From NCBI GenBank assembly GCA_964019425.1, contig OZ025791.1, positions 1,364,001 to 1,428,000 of the forward strand: 64,000 nt of DNA, read 5' to 3'. Each line of letters begins with the position of its first letter. The stretch's first letter is position 1. Of this stretch, positions 23,865 to 35,877 are shown piece by piece. This stretch comes from Flectonema sp. DT1601 (Eukaryota). The notes beneath the pieces are model-generated. The model was not told the DNA's origin. It made no database searches and was given only the letters and a program-made list of their open reading frames with translations. Made by a program: the position numbers and the translations under genes.

Positions 23865-26641
23865 ATGAGATGTTTTATATTTGTGTGTTTATTACAGTGG
23901 GTGAGTGCGATAACATCAGTTCCAACCCCTGAGCCAAGTGATGCAGCACCTCTTGATCTTGATATTACAGACGCTCCTCCGACAATAGCTCCGACTGATA
24001 TACCTACAGATAATCCTGTAGCGTTAACTGCTGTTCCTACTACTACACCTACTGAGATACCAACTCTAGTACCAACTAATGCACCAGCCCTGCCTACGGT
24101 ACCGCCAACGAACTCACCGACCAGTTCGCCAACCACCCCGCCTACGATTGCGCCTACTGGCGTACCTACGAGTTCTCCAACTAACTCGCCGACCAACTCG
24201 CCAACCAACTCGCCAACAGACTCGCCGACAAACTCTCCGACAAACTCTCCGACTAACTCTCCGACAGACTCGCCAACTAATTCGCCGACGAACTCTCCGA
24301 CAGACTCGCCGACTAATTCGCCGACAAACTCTCCGACAGACTCGCCGACAAACTCTCCGACGAACTCTCCGACAGACTCGCCGACTAATTCGCCGACAAA
24401 CTCTCCGACGAACTCTCCGACAGACTCGCCAACTAATTCGCCGACGAACTCGCCGACAAACTCTCCGACAGACTCGCCGACTAATTCGCCGACAAACTCT
24501 CCGACGAACTCTCCGACGAACTCTCCGACAGACTCGCCAACTAATTCGCCGACAAACTCTCCGACGAACTCTCCGACGAACTCTCCGACAGACTCGCCAA
24601 CTAGTTCGCCGACAAACTCTCCGACAAACTCTCCGACAGACTCGCCAACTAATTCGCCGACTAACTCGCCGACAAACTCTCCGACGAACTCTCCGACAGA
24701 CTCGCCAACTAATTCGCCGACAAACTCACCGACAGACTCGCCAACTAGTTCGCCGACAAACTCTCCGACAGACTCGCCAACTAATTCGCCGACAAACTCT
24801 CCGACAGACTCGCCAACTAATTCGCCGACAAACTCTCCGACGAACTCTCCGACAGACTCGCCAACTAGTTCGCCGACGAACTCTCCGACAGACTCGCCAA
24901 CTAATTCGCCGACAAACTCTCCGACGAACTCTCCGACAGACTCGCCAACTAATTCGCCGACGAACTCGCCGACAAACTCTCCGACGAACTCTCCGACAGA
25001 CTCGCCAACTAGTTCGCCGACGAACTCTCCGACAGACTCGCCAACTAATTCGCCGACAAACTCTCCGACGAACTCTCCGACAGACTCGCCAACTAATTCG
25101 CCGACAAACTCTCCGACGAACTCTCCGACAGACTCGCCAACTAGTTCGCCGACAAACTCACCGACAGACTCGCCAACTAGTTCGCCGACAAACTCTCCGA
25201 CAGACTCGCCAACTAATTCGCCGACAAACTCTCCGACAGACTCGCCAACTAATTCGCCGACGAACTCTCCGACTGACTCGCCAACTAGTTCGCCGACAAA
25301 CTCTCCGACTGACTCGCCAACTAATTCGCCGACAAACTCTCCGACTGACTCGCCAACTAGTTCGCCGACAAACTCTCCGACTGACTCGCCAACTAGTTCG
25401 CCGACGAACTCTCCGACTGACTCGCCAACTAGTTCGCCGACAAACTCTCCGACTGACTCGCCAACTAGTTCGCCGACAAACTCTCCGACTGACTCGCCAA
25501 CTAATTCGCCGACAAACTCTCCGACTGACTCGCCAACTAGTTCGCCGACAAACTCTCCGACTGACTCGCCAACTAGTTCGCCGACAAACTCTCCGACTGA
25601 CTCGCCAACTAGTTCGCCGACAAACTCTCCGACAGACTCGCCGACTAATTCGCCGACAGCATCGCCAACTAATTCACCAACCGATTCTCCGACAAACCCG
25701 CCGACAACTTCTCCAACCTCAGCACCTACAGGCCCACCGCCACTTCCAATTACAGCTGTTCCCGTTGGTCAAGAGAAGCAAGCTTTAGAGAATTCTGTCG
25801 GATCAGTACTTGAAGACGCAACACTACCACCAGAGATAACTGACATCTTAAAGAGTGGACAGGGTGGTTCACAAGAAGAATTAGTAGCTGCTATCAGATT
25901 AGCTTTAAAGAAGAATCAAGAAGGGGGAGGGTCACTATTGTCTACTTATCAACAAGAGTTGTTGCAAAATGCGTTACGAGGAGCAGCTGGATCAGAACCA
26001 ACACCACCACCACCTAATGATGAAGGGATTCCGTGGTGGATTGTATTGATTCCTTGCGTTATGTTATTAGGTTTATGTGGATTCCTGGCCTTCTACATGC
26101 AACACAAGAAGAAGTCATCTTTCCATGATGGATCAGGAGAACTAGTAGTTCCATCAGATCAAATATCACCAATTCCACAAGACTATCAATTCCCACTAGA
26201 AGGATACACTCCTCCAGAACAATCATCTCCTACGATGAATATGAAGCCTTCACCAGTTGATTTGTTATTAACACCTGCTACTGGACCAGTACCACCAGTT
26301 AATGTTACACCTCCTCCAATGGTCGGTGGGATTGCTCAATACATTCCGAGATCAACAGTTCCACGAAGAAGTACTGGATCACAAGCAATTGATAGGCTTC
26401 GTGCTCTTCCTGAAGACTCCGTTCTCGGTCACACTGCTCTCGGTGGAATTCCTTTTGCTCCACAACTTCCACCAGTAAACCATCGGCCTAGTAAATGGGT
26501 GAACACCAGATCTCCAGCAAGACGAGGTCTTGATCCGTATGTGTTATTTATTTAACTACATTGTCATTTTTCTACAAGAAAAGCAACAATAATCACAGGT
26601 TAAGCAATCCAAGAGGAGCCCTTGATCACATCGAAATATAA
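23865..26641 (+). CDS. Type I membrane mucin-like protein with (N/D/S)-S-P-T repeats; 2 predicted exons (23865-26536, 26599-26641)
   Basis: Signal peptide [15 protein letters not shown], ~500 aa of SPT tetrapeptides, [24 protein letters not shown], Pro-rich tail. Intron GTATGT..AATCACAG gives the terminus [13 protein letters not shown]. Confidence 0.88.
24170..25700 (+). repeat. Coding 12-bp minisatellite encoding xSPT
   Basis: Units such as AACTCTCCGACA / GACTCGCCAACT / AATTCGCCGACA repeated more than 100 times. Confidence 0.97.
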
Positions 26642-27547
26642 AAATAGTTGCGATTCCCTTTAATATAAATAAATTAAATCTTCTACTGAGATGTGACTAG
26701 GTGGACTGAATTAGTGTTTTATGTAACATTTTTTATTTTTATTTATTTGTTCCGAATGACTACACCTTGTTAAGCAATTTTGTTATTTACTCTTTATTGC
26801 AACATGATTTTCTTTTCTTTTTTTATTTATTTCCCCGCCTCATTTTTTTATGAGAGGAAAGTTTCTTTTGGGGGTTTTAACTTTCGGTAGTTCGTCATCC
26901 TTTTCTGGGATAATTCAGTCGGGAATTTCTCTACTGAAAAAACACGTTCTTGGCAAACTGTTTTTAAAAAAAAAAAAAAAAAGTATTGTAGTTTACCCCA
27001 CCTCACTTCCACTCTAGTTTTTATGTCATTTTATTTACACATCTTGCGAAGTTTATTTTTCTTTTTTTCCCCCCTCTTTCCAACAATTCCTTCACCTTCA
27101 TTTGTTTAAAGCATATTTCTGTTTTCACTACATTGATAAATTAATCATTTCCAGTCTTTTATTTTTTCTTTTTTCTTCATTATTATTTATGTACAGACCG
27201 AGCAGTTTCACTCTTTCAGGGTACTTGAATACACTTTTTTTTTTTTTTTTTTTTTTTTTGCACCGACAAAGTCGGCGAAGAAACTATTCTGATTAAGAGC
27301 CTTTAGTCTATTATTTATTATGTCATGTTATCTGCGCCAGTAAAACCGTCTGCGATCAACAAAATATAAAGGTTTATCTGAATGGTTTTTTTTCTCTCTC
27401 TCTCTTTTTTTCCTTTCCCCTTTAATAAATTCAAGATCTGATTGGTATTCAAGACTTAATTGATAATCCTTAAATCAGAAAAAGCCTTTTATTGCGAAAA
27501 GTAGTTAGTCAGGTTGTTACGGAGCAGAACCGAGAATAAGGGAAAAG

Positions 27548-27645
27548 TTTAAATACGTATCCGGGGAGGTCAAAAAGATTCTCCACAAGGCCGTCACTGT
27601 GGTATATATTTCTCCAAACATTTGGTTAGACTTGTAGGTTTTCCC
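27548..27645. mobile_element. Degenerate solo right end (TIR) of the Mutator-like family seen at 42124-43574
   Basis: TTTAAATACGTATCCGGGGAGGTCAAAAAG..CACAAGGCCGTCACTGTGGTATATATTTCTCCAAAC..TGTAGGTTTTCCC aligns with 43481-43574. Confidence 0.8.
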
Positions 27646-29930
27646 TTTTTTTAATGTTTTTTTTTTGTTTTTCTTTTTTTCTCAGTCAGCATTTGTTCGC
27701 TGCTGCGGCTGAAAAATCGAATTAAGTGAGGAAATTAAATTTAATTCAGAAAGAAGGGGGCCTGAGAAACGGCTACCGAATCCTTCCTTCTGTTCTTTAT
27801 AGTTTTATTTACATAGCAGTGCCCTGTTGAGACGCAGCTTACCTTCCGACACCTTCTTTGTACGGAGATCTTGATTGATTCTAACCAGTAGGGATACTTA
27901 TTGAAGTTCACTCGATTCGTTGCTTATTAAAAATGTTGAGGAATGATAGTTGTCAAACAGATGAAAGCAATGAATGGATGGTTTCATAAATTAAGTAATC
28001 TGGTATTCTGAAAACCTTTTCGATAGTTATTGTCCCCTCCTCGTACTCGAATGCGAAATTTTCTCTCAAAAATTGTTTTTGGTAGCAGCTGTTTGAACAG
28101 ATTGTGAACGATCTACCACCTACAACCTGCGTAGTTATATTCACCCAACTTGCAAACAAAAAAAAGGGGGCTTACCTCTTTATTATTTTTACCTCAACCC
28201 ACTCTTCTATTGTTTACAGTGATGTCAAGTAATCGTCGTGTGATGCTTACAAAGTTCTTATTACATTTAATCAGCTCTCTCTTTTCTTTTTTTCCCGGTG
28301 TAGTTCTCTGTCGGTAACTTGACATGATAGTTATAATTTGTGAGAGTTTTTTTTTTTTTTTGAATGTTGTGAGAATAACAAAGATGTTGGGCAACACACA
28401 GCCTTAGCCTATTCGCAATTATTGAATTGTTCTTCTACACGCACGGGACTGAAGACCTGTACAGGGACCGCTCCAACTTTGTGTTATTCTCCGCCCCTGT
28501 TGTATGACCTTTCCTTCACAGGTCTGGTGGTAAGGGGTTGCATTTTTCTGTTATTCATTTTATTTTATTTTTTTGAAATAAACGTGCCTGCAGTCACTCC
28601 CAAAACATAACATGCGGGCGGTGGGTCTGGATAGTCATTTATTTCAGGTTCTTTTCTACGTCTCTTATCGTCAGGGAGAGTGCTGGTATCTAACTGTTAC
28701 TGGTGTGAGCTTTTACTGATTTTTGGCTTCCTAGGCTTCGTAAATAAATAAAAACCCAACTGACAGTATCAGGAGAAGTGATTTCGTCATTTTTTTTTTT
28801 TCATTTCCAATTATTTATTTTATTCCCTCGATATTCAAAAATTGAAGTTTCTTTTTTTCTTTCTTTCTTTTGTTTCATTTACCCGGTAAGTCCCGTTTTG
28901 CTTGCTGACTTTTCAAATGTGTTACGTCGTGACTGTCATATTTATTCTTTAACAGGATAATAAAACTATTTGTGTTATAAACATTCAACCATCACTCGCT
29001 TGTTCGATACGTCTTAATAAAAGCATTACATACTAAACCAGATGGCATAATCAAATATGAATCACACACTCTTACACGGTCATAAGCGGAGATTATCGAC
29101 CGTGACTCACCCGCAGCATGACGTAGAAGTAGCTGATTTAAAAAGAAGACATGTCTTATTGAGATCTGGGTATAGTGTAATGCAACCGATTGAATGTCAA
29201 TCAAGTAAAATGGATATTGATAGTTGTGGTGAATCACATCCACTTCTTTCGTTATTTGATTGGCTCTCGTAGTCTTTACCAACCTTATCGAGAGATTGAA
29301 AACCAACAGTGACAGTCTGCACATTACTTCCTACATTGCCACTGAGCTTGTTTTAGGACACAACACTCTAACCTTTCGTGTTTGTATGGATTCTCAATGT
29401 TTTCAAATTAAACTATTAATATGCAGCAATTCAACTGACTGACTCTTTTCTAATTATACTGACAGCTGTGTTGGTTCTTTTCTTTTTTTTTTTTTTTTTT
29501 TTTTTTTTTGTTGTTGTTGCCTCTTTTTGTACCATACTGCTATTACCGTTATTAGAAGAAAGAAAAAAAAAAAGAAGAAAAAAAGGAAAAACGAAATCAC
29601 TCACTCCTCATGTTTTGTGAGGGTGACTTCAGGATCAGAATTACGAGTTTTTTTTTTCCCCTGTGGAATGTGATTCTCGTTTTTTGTAGATAGCTTTTTC
29701 TGTTTAAACAGGTTCGATAGACTGGAATAAATATTATATTCTAGTAGCAGTTATTCAGAATTAATATTACATTGTAATTGGTTGTTATTATTATTATCTT
29801 ACTTGACTTCAGGAAGCAAACAAGGGAAAAAAAAAAAAAAAAAAAAAAAAAAGAAACTTGACTGCTCTAAAACAACAAAACAAAATAAAAAAAATAAAAA
29901 ACCTACAATGAACTAACTTTCATTTAATTA

Positions 29931-32351
29931 ATGATTTTCGTAACCGTTTTACTGTTGTTGGTATCGATGGGAGTAGCTGCTAATGATGTTGGTAACGACA
30001 GAATGTCCAACAGAAGCTACTCAACCATAAACACAACATTACTAGCAGGGTTTGCAGGTAGTATCGGCGCATTAGTAATCGCTCTCGTTATAGTCAGAGC
30101 ATTGGGTAAGAAAATAAGAGGACCAGTAGTGATAATAACCTCACTGTGGGTAACAGTTGTAGCCAGTACAATAACTGCTTGGAGTGTCGTATATCAAACA
30201 ACAAGAGACACAATTGAAGACCAAGCTAGTCAGCTACTAGTTGCTGCAGCTGAGAGTATAACAACAAAGATTCAAAGTGATATTGATGTTGCTGTTCGAC
30301 TGTTGGAACTCATTCAGTCAAATGAGCAAACTAATCTCTTATCAGTTGAAGATGGTTATCCAGTAGTCCAGAGATACTTACATTCTATTTATACAACAAT
30401 TAGTCGTGCAGCACCATCCATAGAACTTTTATTTTGTGGAACACCCGCAGGAGAGATTCAAGGATTCGGATCAAACCAACTTGGAAAGAAACACGTCATC
30501 ATAGGTCTCGCTAGTGATGAGTTAATTCCATTTTGTAACAATGCTAGTACTGACTTGTTTGAAATAGCCACACCACCAGTATGTACAAAGCGAAATGAGT
30601 CGTCATATTTAATATTTAACAGTACGGGTGACATTGACATTAATAATATCGCAGAAGGTGAATTGATCGCACATAAGAATTTTGATGCAACAAAACGTCC
30701 TTGGTGGACTTCTAGAAACATCTCCTGGACGGAACCATACCCTTATGAAATGGGTGGTATTGGGATTACTGTTTCAAAAGCGAATTATAAAAATGGTATT
30801 CAAATCGGTACTTTTGGAATTGATTTCTCATGGACTTCATTTAAAGTATTAATGATTCCTCCAACTAAGAATGGCGACGTAATGTTGACTATTCCTAAAG
30901 ATGGAGAGGAGGTGCTATTAACCACATCAATCCCTGATGCAGAACTCCACGCACTCTGTAATGCTAATATATCTGGAGCCTCTACTATAACGGTAATGTC
31001 GTGTAATAAGAGAGTAAGCGGACCGTATAAAATTCTACTAAAACAGGTGGAATCGTTACAATCATTGAAATCTGGTAAGTACATCTTCTCTGATGACGGT
31101 CGTGATATAATATTAACTTATCCATTAACTCTAGTTGGAGGACTCCGTCTTACAATAGTTATCACTGTACCCTATAACGATGTCATGGGTGATGCAGAAG
31201 CTGCTTACACAACAACTCTGCTTATTGGTGTTGTCACTTCCTTCGTATTCGGAGGCTTTATATATGTTGGTGTTTCTATAACCCTCATCCCACTAAAACA
31301 TCTGGCCCTTGATATGGATGAAGTTGCTTGGCTTCATTTAGATGATATTGGTGAGAGAAGTCCTTCGTTAGTATATGAAATTAGTTGGATGCAAGAATCA
31401 TTTTCGAAAATGGTTTCTAATCTGGTTGAGTACAGAGCATACTTACCACAGTCTGTAATGATGGATACTATCGACTCGGATGATGTTGATGCGGAACCAG
31501 CAACGGCTACTGGGAAATCATCAGCGAGTCTCACTTCGGTGGAAACAATTGATTTCAGAGTACGAATTAACTCCGCAGGCGGTCTTGAGAGTCAAATTCG
31601 ACTTCTACGTCGTTCGGTGTCATTAGCAGCGTGTAATATCAGGAATTTCAATTCCTTCACACGCAAGTACGAAATCGATGAACTTTCATCAATCCACACA
31701 AATTATCTCAGCAGAGTTGTTGATGCTGCTGGTGAACATCTCGGCATTATCGATTCATTTAATGGTGATCGTGTTACACTTTCATTCAATGCTGTTAGAC
31801 AATGTCAAGATCATCGAAAGAGTGTAGCAAGATGTGCTGTTAATATGTCACAAGTGTTCGGAGAAATCAAATTAGACGTAAACATTGGTTGTGCAGGTGG
31901 TGAAGGTATCTGTGGACCCCTTGGCTGTACAGAGATAAAGAAGAATTGTGTTGTCGGAACTGTCTCTACCAACGTATATTGTATTGAGAGGTATGGATGT
32001 CATAATAAAATTAGAATACTTTGCGATCATTTAACAGCCACTAGTACAATAGGATGTGCTGATACAAGAAAGGCTGCTTTTGTAAAGTTTCCCAACAGCA
32101 GGAGAGCTGTGACCATCCATGAGATCCACGGTCTTCAGACTACTACAGAATGGATGTTTGATGCTGCTATGCCTCCAATATTTAAGAAGTATTATCACTA
32201 TAACTTAGCTTTTGATCTCATGTGGGAAGGAAATGCAACGGAGGCTATCGAATCTCTCTCACTGTCTGATCTAAAGCCATATGATGACATCCTCAGAGAG
32301 CAAATTGAGAACTCTCGAGAAAGGGTTTTAACGGTGGTAGAATTATATTGA
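29931..32351 (+). CDS. Membrane receptor: Cache-like extracellular domain, TM, HAMP-like linker, degenerate class III nucleotide cyclase domain
   Basis: Cache motif FDATKRPWW..WTEPYPY..GTFGIDFS. TM, then PLKHLALDMDEVA..EISWMQESFSKM..YLPQSV. Cyclase-like SLAACNIRNFNSF, GIIDSFNGDRVTLSFNA and NIGCAGG..CGPLG. Confidence 0.85.
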   Translation: MIFVTVLLLLVSMGVAANDVGNDRMSNRSYSTINTTLLAGFAGSIGALVIALVIVRALGKKIRGPVVIITSLWVTVVASTITAWSVVYQTTRDTIEDQASQLLVAAAESITTKIQSDIDVAVRLLELIQSNEQTNLLSVEDGYPVVQRYLHSIYTTISRAAPSIELLFCGTPAGEIQGFGSNQLGKKHVIIGLASDELIPFCNNASTDLFEIATPPVCTKRNESSYLIFNSTGDIDINNIAEGELIAHKNFDATKRPWWTSRNISWTEPYPYEMGGIGITVSKANYKNGIQIGTFGIDFSWTSFKVLMIPPTKNGDVMLTIPKDGEEVLLTTSIPDAELHALCNANISGASTITVMSCNKRVSGPYKILLKQVESLQSLKSGKYIFSDDGRDIILTYPLTLVGGLRLTIVITVPYNDVMGDAEAAYTTTLLIGVVTSFVFGGFIYVGVSITLIPLKHLALDMDEVAWLHLDDIGERSPSLVYEISWMQESFSKMVSNLVEYRAYLPQSVMMDTIDSDDVDAEPATATGKSSASLTSVETIDFRVRINSAGGLESQIRLLRRSVSLAACNIRNFNSFTRKYEIDELSSIHTNYLSRVVDAAGEHLGIIDSFNGDRVTLSFNAVRQCQDHRKSVARCAVNMSQVFGEIKLDVNIGCAGGEGICGPLGCTEIKKNCVVGTVSTNVYCIERYGCHNKIRILCDHLTATSTIGCADTRKAAFVKFPNSRRAVTIHEIHGLQTTTEWMFDAAMPPIFKKYYHYNLAFDLMWEGNATEAIESLSLSDLKPYDDILREQIENSRERVLTVVELY

Positions 32352-32567
32352 TGTGAGAGATATAATTAAACCGCAACAAAAAAAAAAAAAAAAATATTCG
32401 CTTAGCTTAACTTTTTTTGTATTTTGAATTACACGGATTTTTTTTTCCTTCTTTTTTTTTTGTTGTTTTATTCTTTATTGTTATTTATTATATTTTATTA
32501 TTTTTTTTTTTTTTTTCCATTCTTTCCCCTCTTATTTCTTTGGTTCTTTTTATTGTTACCCAAGATC

Positions 32568-33040
32568 CAGCCTGATTCCAGAGGTTACAACTGGAGGCAA
32601 TGATTCCTGATTCCGTAGGTTCCAATTGGAGGCAATGATTCCAGATTGCAGCCTGATTCCAGAGGTTCCAACGGGAGGCAATGATTCCTGATTCCAGAGG
32701 TTACAACTGGAGGCAATGATTCCAGATTGCAGCCTGATTCCAGAGGTTCCAACGGGAGGCAATGATTCCTGATTCCGTAGGTTCCAACTGGAGGCAATGA
32801 TTCCAGATTGCAGCCTGATTCCAGAGGTTCCAACGGGAGGCAATGATTCCTGATTCCAGAGGTTCCAATTGGAGGCAATGATTCCAGATTGCAGCCTGAT
32901 TCCAGAGGTTCCAACGGGAGGCAATGATTCCTGATTCCGTAGGTTCCAACTGGAGGCAATGATTCCAAATTGCAGCCTGATTCCAGAGGTTCCAACGGGA
33001 GGCAATGATTCCTGATTCCGTAGGTTACAACTGGAGGCAA
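32568..33040. repeat. Higher-order minisatellite: 81-bp unit of two 35-bp subunits plus an 11-bp linker, ~5.8 copies
   Basis: CCTGATTCCAGAGGTTCCAACGGGAGGCAATGATT + CCTGATTCCGTAGGTTCCAACTGGAGGCAATGATT + CCAGATTGCAG repeated. Confidence 0.95.
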
Positions 33041-34380
33041 TTCCGTCATATTCCTTTTAAGTTTTTAAGCCTTTTTATGCGATGATATGTTTTGGAATTC
33101 ACAGCAGAGTTTACTTTTTCTTAATTAACTTTTACTGTTGTTTGTGTTGTAAACGACATGTTATATTGTTGTTCACCTGGCATGACGAGGCTATCTAATT
33201 TATCGACTACACTCCCTTGAACCTGATCTATTTTTAATTTCAGGGGTTAGTGTCGTGAGATATAGTAAGAGTTCCCATCCTTTTCCCCCCACATATGGGA
33301 TTTTTTGTCGATACCAATTGTTGATCTTCTTATATTGCAACCAGATTTGGCCGAACCCTATATTCGTTTTTGCCAGTTTCAAGTTGCTTTAATTTAATAT
33401 TAGTATCAAGTTATCCCCATCTCCATTTACCCTCGACAGTAGTGGCAGGTCTTCTTTGTTTTTCTTGCTGTCGACCGTAAATGCGGGCTTGTACGTTGTA
33501 AGGTGTTTCCGTTGCGTGCTCGCTTCAGGACCTTTTCTTTCGTTTTTGCGTTGTCAATACCCCGAACTGCTTCAGGACTGGATTGATAAATTATATATAT
33601 TCATCAGTAATGAATTACTGTTACGGTAACAAATGCAGGGGGGTGCCTCCAGCGGTATTTTATTTATTTTGTATGCTTCCGCTGGTTTTCCTTTCAATGT
33701 GTAAGACCTATCAAGTTACCCCGGGAGGGTACTTCGATTTTACGGAGATTTGGGCGCGTTAGAATTTCTTTTTTGGAAAACGTGTAGCCAATTTATGAAA
33801 ACTACAACATGTTCCCCAAAAATGGGGATTGCGATCCACACTTTTGGGTTTTTTCATTCCTTGTCCAAATCACCCAAAACCAGGTTTTTTCGGCCCCGAA
33901 ATCACATTTTTCGGGGTTCTGATGGGGTCCTGGGTAATTTTTGCCCCGAAAAAACAGTTTATTAGCTTGAACCCTTCCCAAGAAGAGTACTCCACTAGTA
34001 GTGCGCTGTGATAAAAAGTTTTTTTTATAATTTATTACAATAATATACTAATATACCATAATCAATAAGTAACTACACCCCAGAATTACTTTCTGAGCGG
34101 TGATTTAATCTAAATATTTGGCTGATGATAGAATAGAGGTAAAGAAGTATATGGATTACTCTCGAAACCTAATAGTTTCTTCAAAAGGCTGAGCTAAGGC
34201 ATCACCAGCTAGCTCACTGTGTCCTTAACAGATTGTTAAATTATTGTTTTTTTTGTGTTAATATTTAGTAATTCAAAACATTGTAACCCAGATTGTCGGA
34301 GAAATTGTTGTTCCTTTGAACTTAAAAATGCAGTATCAAAATATCCCTTTCCCTAATTCCTTTTCTTTTTTCCCCCCCCT

Positions 34381-34975
34381 TTTGGAGCGGCATGATCGAA
34401 GACAATCTTTCTTTTCCCTCTTTTATTTCCAATCCCGTCGCCCCCGGGAAGTTTAATTGTAGTGACTAGCCATGAAGGGCATTTTGATTTACATTTGTGA
34501 CAGCTAGGGGGAGTGGAGTGTAGCGAGGGAATGGCACTTTGCCACTTACCGGCTGTTGACCGTATATGCGGGTTATCACGTTTCCTTTTTGTTTTAGGTT
34601 TTTTGTTAGTAGTGAGATGTGCTACGTTTATTTATTTCACAACGTGTTTCGCCATCTTGAACTACTTTTAATACAGTTTTCGTATCATCAAATACCAGTA
34701 TATACGGCTATTGACAAAGAGCCGCCCCCCTTCCTGGTGTTCGTCTTTTTCTATGGTTAATTTTCAAGACAATATAATGTATTAATTAAGTACTCATGAG
34801 TTTTATAAAAAGCTGTTACGGTAACATAGGCAAGTGGCGCTCAACTATGTTCACGTGGCCTCCAGTGGTATTATTTATATATTTGCAGTCATTTACTACG
34901 CTGCCGCTGACAGTCAAGATTGTCGGAGAAATTGTTGTTCCTTTTGAGCTTGAAAATGCAGTATCAAATTACCCC
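34381..34975 (+). repeat. Direct repeat, copy 1 (~595 bp)
   Basis: TTTGGAGCGGCATGATCG...CAGTATCAAATTACCCC recurs 902 bp downstream; identical ORF translations at 34566 and 35468. Confidence 0.95.
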
Positions 34976-35282
34976 TCTTTGCACTGTACCCCGGTATCTC
35001 TGTACTGGCGTGGAGCAGTGTATACCATATTGTGCCTATGTACAACTGACCACTCATCCAGTGTTGCTTTCCTAATTATTTATGCAACCCACGTTTAAAG
35101 TTACACACTTTGCCTAGGTCTGGGCAGGAACGGGAGACTGTGCGTGCTATCCACCGTTGAAGTGGACAAGTTTAATGCACTTCCCAAGGGACAAAATTAG
35201 CAAAAAAACGGCGGCTAGTCCGCGTGGTGTCCCCCTCTCCCTGTGTGAATTATGAGGATGTTTTGCTCGCCCCTTTTTTAAT

Positions 35283-35877
35283 TTTGGAGCGGCATGATCG
35301 AAGACAATCTTTCTTTTCCCTCTTTTATTTCCAATCCCGTCGCCCCCGGGAAGTTTAATTGTAGTGACTAGCCATGAAGGGCATTTTGATTTACATTTGT
35401 GACAGCTAGGGGGAGTGGAGTGTAGCGAGGGAATGGCACTTTGCCACTTACCGGCTGTTGACCGTATATGCGGGTTATCACGTTTCCTTTTTGTTTTAGG
35501 TTTTTTGTTAGTAGTGAGATGTGCTACGTTTATTTATTTCACAACGTGTTTCGCCATCTTGAACTACTTTTAATACAGTTTTCGTATCATCAAATACCAG
35601 TATATACGGCTATTGACAAAGAGCCGCCCCCCTTCCTGGTGTTCGTCTTTTTCTATGGTTAATTTTCAAGACAATATAATGTATTAATTAAGTACTCATG
35701 AGTTTTATAAAAAGCTGTTACGGTAACATAGGCAAGTGGCGCTCAACTATGTTCACGTGGCCTCCAGTGGTATTATTTATATATTTGCAGTCATTTACTA
35801 CGCTGCCGCTGACAGTCAAGATTGTCGGAGAAATTGTTGTTCCTTTTGAGCTTGAAAATGCAGTATCAAATTACCCC
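35283..35877 (+). repeat. Direct repeat, copy 2 (~595 bp)
   Basis: Apparently identical to 34381-34975. Confidence 0.95.

Noticed and set aside
24079..25788. 569-aa Arg/Gln/Thr-rich ORF
   Set aside because: Alternative-frame shadow of the 12-bp SPT repeat; the SPT frame has the signal peptide and TM helix.
27953..29442. Short ORFs with coding-like composition (27953-28159 minus; 28992-29442)
   Set aside because: No recognisable motifs and multiple stops. They may be decayed genes, but this cannot be supported without a search.
33860..34003. CCCCGAAA repeats ending in CACTAGTAGTG as a CACTA or Helitron end
   Set aside because: No matching opposite terminus or TSD could be found; too degenerate to call.
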